64,000 bases of DNA from assembly GCA_050946275.1 (NCBI GenBank), contig JBMNUM010000006.1, positions 28,173 to 92,172 on the forward strand, written 5' to 3'. This DNA is from Coriobacteriales bacterium (GTDB lineage: Bacteria > Actinomycetota > Coriobacteriia > Coriobacteriales > CADBOM01). The notes under the pieces are model-generated. The model saw only the letters and a list, made by a program, of their open reading frames with translations, had not been told where the DNA came from and searched no databases. The position numbers and the translations under genes are program-made. This document shows, in pieces, positions 59,925 to 64,000 of this stretch (the first letter of the stretch is position 1; the number at the start of each line of letters is the position of its first letter).

Positions 59925-60503
59925 ATGGCACACGAAAACGACAATATCCGGCAAATTGAGGATGATTCGCAGCTGGATCAGGCTCTTGCCGAGGAAAACG
60001 AGCTGATAGAGATCGATTTCCCCGAAGACGTGCAGAAAGTGCTCTTCTACTCGATCGATGAGGCGACGAAGAAGATCGAGACCGGCGAGGAGCTCGTTCC
60101 CTTCACCATGGTCTTGGCCGGCGAGGATCTGTTCATGGACTCTCACCCCGTCGACGAGGTCGACGAGTGCTTCGCGTCCGCGCGCCAGGCGATCAATGCA
60201 ATCGCGCACATCGCGGACGCCTATGTGTTCTGCTATGACGGCTATATCGAGACCGAAGACGGCGATCACGACATGCTCATCGCGGAAGTCGGCATGAAGG
60301 GTGAGGAGAAGGGCGTGGCCTATGGCCTCATCTACGAGCTCGAGCTGCCGGAGACGGAGGATGGCAACGTGTCCGCTGCCTTCGATGAGGGCTTGCTCCT
60401 GCTCGGTGATACCGATAACCTCTTCGATCCCAATGCGGTCAAGACGGCGGAGGCGCTGCAGGAGGCCTACGCGAGCTACGAGCAGGACGACGAGGACGAG
60501 TAG
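59925..60503 (+). CDS. Acidic hypothetical protein (paralog of 45033-45470)
   Basis: RBS AAAGG; very acidic; AYVFCYDGYIE...AEVG. Confidence 0.75.
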   Translation: MAHENDNIRQIEDDSQLDQALAEENELIEIDFPEDVQKVLFYSIDEATKKIETGEELVPFTMVLAGEDLFMDSHPVDEVDECFASARQAINAIAHIADAYVFCYDGYIETEDGDHDMLIAEVGMKGEEKGVAYGLIYELELPETEDGNVSAAFDEGLLLLGDTDNLFDPNAVKTAEALQEAYASYEQDDEDE

Positions 60504-60552
60504 TTCTGCGCCAGCATCCTTCTCCGGTCAAGGATGGAGGTAGTCATAGCCG

Positions 60553-61356
60553 ATGCTGCCCATTGAGGAAAAATACGAGGACCTGCTTGCCACGCTGCTG
60601 GGTTACGGAAGCGCCCTCGTCGCATTTTCCGGAGGAGTGGACTCCACGCTCTTGCTCCATGCTGCCCACGAGGCGCTTGGCGACAAGGCCGTCGCCGCGA
60701 CGCTCGGCTCGTGCTTCTTCCCCGAAAGCGAACTCAACGAGGCGAGGGCGTTTTGCGAGAATGAGGGCATCGAGCACATTGTCGTCGCAAAAGACGTGCT
60801 CGCCGATGAGCGCATCGCCTCTAATCCGGAAGACCGCTGCTATCTGTGCAAGCGCCTGATGTTCGGAGACCTCATGGATCTGGCGGCGCAGCGTGGTCTC
60901 GCGGTGGTTGTGGAGGGGTCGAACGTCGACGATGCGGGCGACTATCGTCCCGGTGCCCGCGCCCTCTCGGAGCTTGGCGCGAAAAGCCCCCTCGCCGAGG
61001 CGGGGCTCACGAAGCTCGAGATTCGCGAGCTTGCCAGGCAAAAGGGACTCGCCGCATGGGACAAGCCATCGTTAGCTTGCTTGGCGAGCAGGATTCCCCA
61101 TGGCGAGGCGATAACCGCAGAAAAGCTCGCGCGGATCGATCGTGCGGAGCGCCTGCTCCGCGATGCCGGCTTCGATCAGGTGCGCGTGCGCGTGCATGGC
61201 GATGTCGCGCGCATCGAGGTGATGCCCAGCGAGGTCAACATGATGATCGGCTTGAGGCAAACGGGCATGGTCGAGGCGCTGCACAATCTCGGGTTCCCCT
61301 ATGTGACGCTCGATCTCGATGGGTATAGAACGGGCTCGCTGAATCCCCGTAGATAG
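60553..61356 (+). CDS. larE: LarE-family ATP-dependent sulfur transferase
   Basis: AFSGGVDS PP-loop, RCYLCK, DYRPG, ACLASRIPHG, RVRVHG, LDLDGYRTGS. Confidence 0.9.
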   Translation: MLPIEEKYEDLLATLLGYGSALVAFSGGVDSTLLLHAAHEALGDKAVAATLGSCFFPESELNEARAFCENEGIEHIVVAKDVLADERIASNPEDRCYLCKRLMFGDLMDLAAQRGLAVVVEGSNVDDAGDYRPGARALSELGAKSPLAEAGLTKLEIRELARQKGLAAWDKPSLACLASRIPHGEAITAEKLARIDRAERLLRDAGFDQVRVRVHGDVARIEVMPSEVNMMIGLRQTGMVEALHNLGFPYVTLDLDGYRTGSLNPRR

Positions 61357-61369
61357 GAACTAGACAAAA

Positions 61370-61422
61370 AAGAGGCAGTCGCTCATCGTCCCTTCTCAGG
61401 ACAGGTGGCGACTGCCTCCTTT
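61370..61422. terminator. Hairpin between convergent larE and purL
   Basis: GAGGCAGTCGC ... GCGACTGCCTC flanked by A/T tracts. Confidence 0.55.
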
Positions 61423-61442
61423 CATCAAGTATTTATGAGGGG

Positions 61443-64000
61443 CTAGCCGAAGTACGCGACTCCGTTCTCGAAGAGCGGCTGCAGGCTGAGCCCGGGAACG
61501 TTGGCGTAGAGACCGGATCCGCTGCGCTCCGTATGGCCCATCTTTCCGAACACGCGCCCGTCGGGGCTCGTGATTCCCTCGATTGCGAGCATCGATCCAT
61601 TCGGGTTGACATCGAGGTCCATCGAGGGAACGCCGTCGACGTCCACGTACTGCGTGGCGATCTGACCCTCCTTCTCCATCTCGGCAAGCACGTGATCGGG
61701 TGCTACGAAGCGGCCCTCGCCGTGGCTGATGGGCATCGCATGGATATCGCCGACCGCGCAGCTGCCAAGCCACGGCGACAGCGTGGAGGCGACGCGCGTC
61801 CGGACGAGCCTGCTCTGATGGCGTCCAATCGTGTTGAAGGTGAGGGTGGGGCAGTCCTCGTCCATCGGGCGGATGTCGCCGAACGGGACGAGGCCGAGCT
61901 TCACGAGCGCCTGGAATCCGTTGCAGATGCCGAGCATAAGGCCGTCGCGCTCGTTGAGCAGTCTGCGAACAGCCTCGGTCACCGCGGGTGCGCGGAAGAA
62001 GGCCGTGATGAACTTCGCCGAGCCATCGGGCTCGTCGCCACCGGAGAAGCCACCGGGAATCATGACGATCTGACTGCCGTCGATGAGCTTCGCGAGAGTC
62101 GCGGTCGACTCTGCGACAGCATCGGGCGAGAGGTTGTTGATGACGAATGTCTTGGGCCGAGCGCCTGCGCGCTCGAAGGCCTGTGCGGTGTCGTACTCGC
62201 AGTTGTTGCCGGGGAACACGGGGATGATGACCCGCGGCTTCACGCCGTCGAGATGCAGGGCGGGAGCTTGCGAGGTCTTCTTATCATCGCCGGCGGCATC
62301 GAAGGAGATGGCCCGCACCTCTTCGCCTTCCCCGCGATAGGGGAAGACGCTCTCGAGAGCCGATTCCCAAGCCTCCTGCAGGGTATCGAGATCGATAATC
62401 TCCCCGCTGCAAGCGAGCTCGTAAGATTCGGTGGTCTGGCCCAGCTCGAAGACCTGCAGGGCATCGTCTCCCTTGGGAAGCTCGACTCCCTTGGCGAGCT
62501 CGACGATGAACGACCCGTATGCGGGCTCGAAGAGGAGCTGTGCATCGACGCCGCCATCGAAGGCGAATCCGATCCGGTTGCCCAGGCACATCTTGAAGAC
62601 CGATTCGGCCGTGCAGCCGTATCCCGGCGTCGATGCCGCCAGAACCTCGCCTCTGCCGACCATGCCCTCGAGCAGGTCCAGCGAGGCCAGCATGCCCGTC
62701 CTCGTGGGCAGCAGGCTGTCCTCATGCACGGGCTTGATGCAGACGACGCGGCTTCCAGCACGCTTGAACTCCGGCGATGTCGCGCGGTCGACGGTGCCCG
62801 TCGCCACCGCGAAGCTGATGAGGGTGGGCGGGACATCGAGCTGCTCGAAGCTTCCGCTCATGGAGTCCTTGCCGCCGATGGAACCGATGCCGAGGTCGAG
62901 CTGCGCCTGCAGCGCGCCGAGAACGGCAGCCGCCGGCTTGCCCCAGCGCTCAGCCTCGCCGCGCAGCTTCTCGAAGTACTCCTGGAAGCTCAGGTATGCA
63001 TGGCGATGCTCGAAACCCGAGGCCACGAGCTTCGAGACGCTCTCGACCACGGAGAGGTAGGCTCCCTTGAATTGATTGCGCTCCATGATGTAGGGGTTGA
63101 AGCCCCATGCCATGCCGCTTGTGGTCGTCGTCTCTCCGAAGACGGGGAATTTGGCCACCATCGCAAGGCTCGGGGTGAGCTGCCTCTCCCCGCCGAAGGG
63201 CATCAGCACGGTCGTCGCGCCGATGGTCGAGTCGAAGCGCTCGGAAAGGCCCTTGTTCGAGCAGACGTTGATGTCGGTCACGAGGGCGTTCATTCGCTCG
63301 GCGAACGTCGTCCCCTGCCAGGGGGTCTCGTAGGCGCCGCCTTCGACGATGTGGACGGACTGGTGCTTGGGCGCGCCGTTCGATCCGAGGAACTCCCTGC
63401 TCACGTCGACGATGGCGTTCCCGCGCCAGAGCATACGCACGCGCGGCTCTTCCGTGACGGTCGCGATAGGCGTGGCCTCGAGGTTCTCCTCGTGCGCCAG
63501 GCTGATGAACAGATCGACGTCCTCAGCGGCAACGGCGCAGGCCATGCGCTCCTGGCTCTCGGAGATGGCGAGCTCGGTGCCGTCGAGGCCGTTGTACTTC
63601 TTGGGCACCTTGTCGAGCTCGATGAGCAGGCCGTCGGCAAGCTCGCCGATGGCGACCGACACGCCTCCGGCCCCGAAGTCGTTGCATCGCTTGATGAGCT
63701 CGCAGGCGTCCTTGCGACGGAAGAGGCGCTGAAGTTTGCGCTCCACGGGCGCGTTTCCCTTCTGGACCTCTGCGCCGCAGGTTTCGAGGCTCTCGAGCTT
63801 GTGCTCCTTCGACGATCCGGTCGCTCCACCGATGCCATCGCGGCCCGTCCGGCCTCCCAGGAGAATTACAACATCTCCGGGCGCAGGAGTCTCGCGCCTC
63901 ACATGGCTGGCGGGGGTCGCGCCCACGACGGCACCGACCTCCATGCGCTTGGCCATGTAGCCCGGATGGTAGAGCTCGTTGACCTGGCCGGTTGCGAGTC
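61443..64000 (-). CDS. purL: Phosphoribosylformylglycinamidine synthase (large PurL with fused glutaminase domain), 5' end outside window
   Basis: GRDGIGGATGSS, VQKGN, NDFGAGG, SESQERM, GGKDSMSG; PurQ-like FPGNNCE, PGGFSGGD, GICNGFQ, NPNGS, MGHTER. Confidence 0.95.
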   Translation of the reverse strand, partial: LATGQVNELYHPGYMAKRMEVGAVVGATPASHVRRETPAPGDVVILLGGRTGRDGIGGATGSSKEHKLESLETCGAEVQKGNAPVERKLQRLFRRKDACELIKRCNDFGAGGVSVAIGELADGLLIELDKVPKKYNGLDGTELAISESQERMACAVAAEDVDLFISLAHEENLEATPIATVTEEPRVRMLWRGNAIVDVSREFLGSNGAPKHQSVHIVEGGAYETPWQGTTFAERMNALVTDINVCSNKGLSERFDSTIGATTVLMPFGGERQLTPSLAMVAKFPVFGETTTTSGMAWGFNPYIMERNQFKGAYLSVVESVSKLVASGFEHRHAYLSFQEYFEKLRGEAERWGKPAAAVLGALQAQLDLGIGSIGGKDSMSGSFEQLDVPPTLISFAVATGTVDRATSPEFKRAGSRVVCIKPVHEDSLLPTRTGMLASLDLLEGMVGRGEVLAASTPGYGCTAESVFKMCLGNRIGFAFDGGVDAQLLFEPAYGSFIVELAKGVELPKGDDALQVFELGQTTESYELACSGEIIDLDTLQEAWESALESVFPYRGEGEEVRAISFDAAGDDKKTSQAPALHLDGVKPRVIIPVFPGNNCEYDTAQAFERAGARPKTFVINNLSPDAVAESTATLAKLIDGSQIVMIPGGFSGGDEPDGSAKFITAFFRAPAVTEAVRRLLNERDGLMLGICNGFQALVKLGLVPFGDIRPMDEDCPTLTFNTIGRHQSRLVRTRVASTLSPWLGSCAVGDIHAMPISHGEGRFVAPDHVLAEMEKEGQIATQYVDVDGVPSMDLDVNPNGSMLAIEGITSPDGRVFGKMGHTERSGSGLYANVPGLSLQPLFENGVAYFG

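Noticed and set aside
59205-60269. Long overlapping versions of the thioesterase (317 aa) and acidic protein (432 aa)
   Set aside because: The N-terminal extensions are antisense to each other's real genes; plausible starts are 59816 (-) and 59925 (+).

Overview
Chromosomal replication-origin region of a high-GC bacterium, most consistent with Coriobacteriia/Eggerthellaceae-like Actinomycetota (inferred from gene order and protein style, not from a database search). The left part is the conserved core gyrA(partial)-gyrB-DUF721-recF-dnaN-dnaA <oriC> rpmH-rnpA-yidD-yidC-jag-rsmG-parA-parB, with parS sites, a bipartite oriC built from non-canonical tandem DnaA boxes and a recognisable DnaA-trio unwinding element. 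The remainder is housekeeping and accessory genes: rlmN, tRNA-Ile/Ala, bioB, a DEAD-box helicase, a sirtuin, mnmA, xth, a complete Firmicutes-style FASII cluster with fused accDA, typA, moeA, a Crp/Fnr-ferredoxin pair, two tRNA-Ser, larE and purL (partial). No integrase, transposase, rRNA or CRISPR array is visible. Most notable observations: (1) an orphan Nif11-type double-glycine RiPP precursor with a 4-Cys core; (2) a solitary VirD4/HerA-like ATPase behind a ~350-nt leader with a boxA-like motif and a possible SD/anti-SD switch; (3) a two-TM NUDIX-like protein and a stand-alone UvrD-PD-(D/E)XK fusion as defence/repair candidates; (4) tRNA-linked miniature elements, each carrying an inverted copy of its own tRNA T-arm; (5) a dispersed 35-bp palindrome fused to stop codons; (6) a six-unit 11-bp phased repeat array upstream of a thioester-domain LPXTG adhesin; (7) a glycoside hydrolase that apparently starts at ATC; (8) a CotH kinase with its catalytic core apparently deleted in frame.
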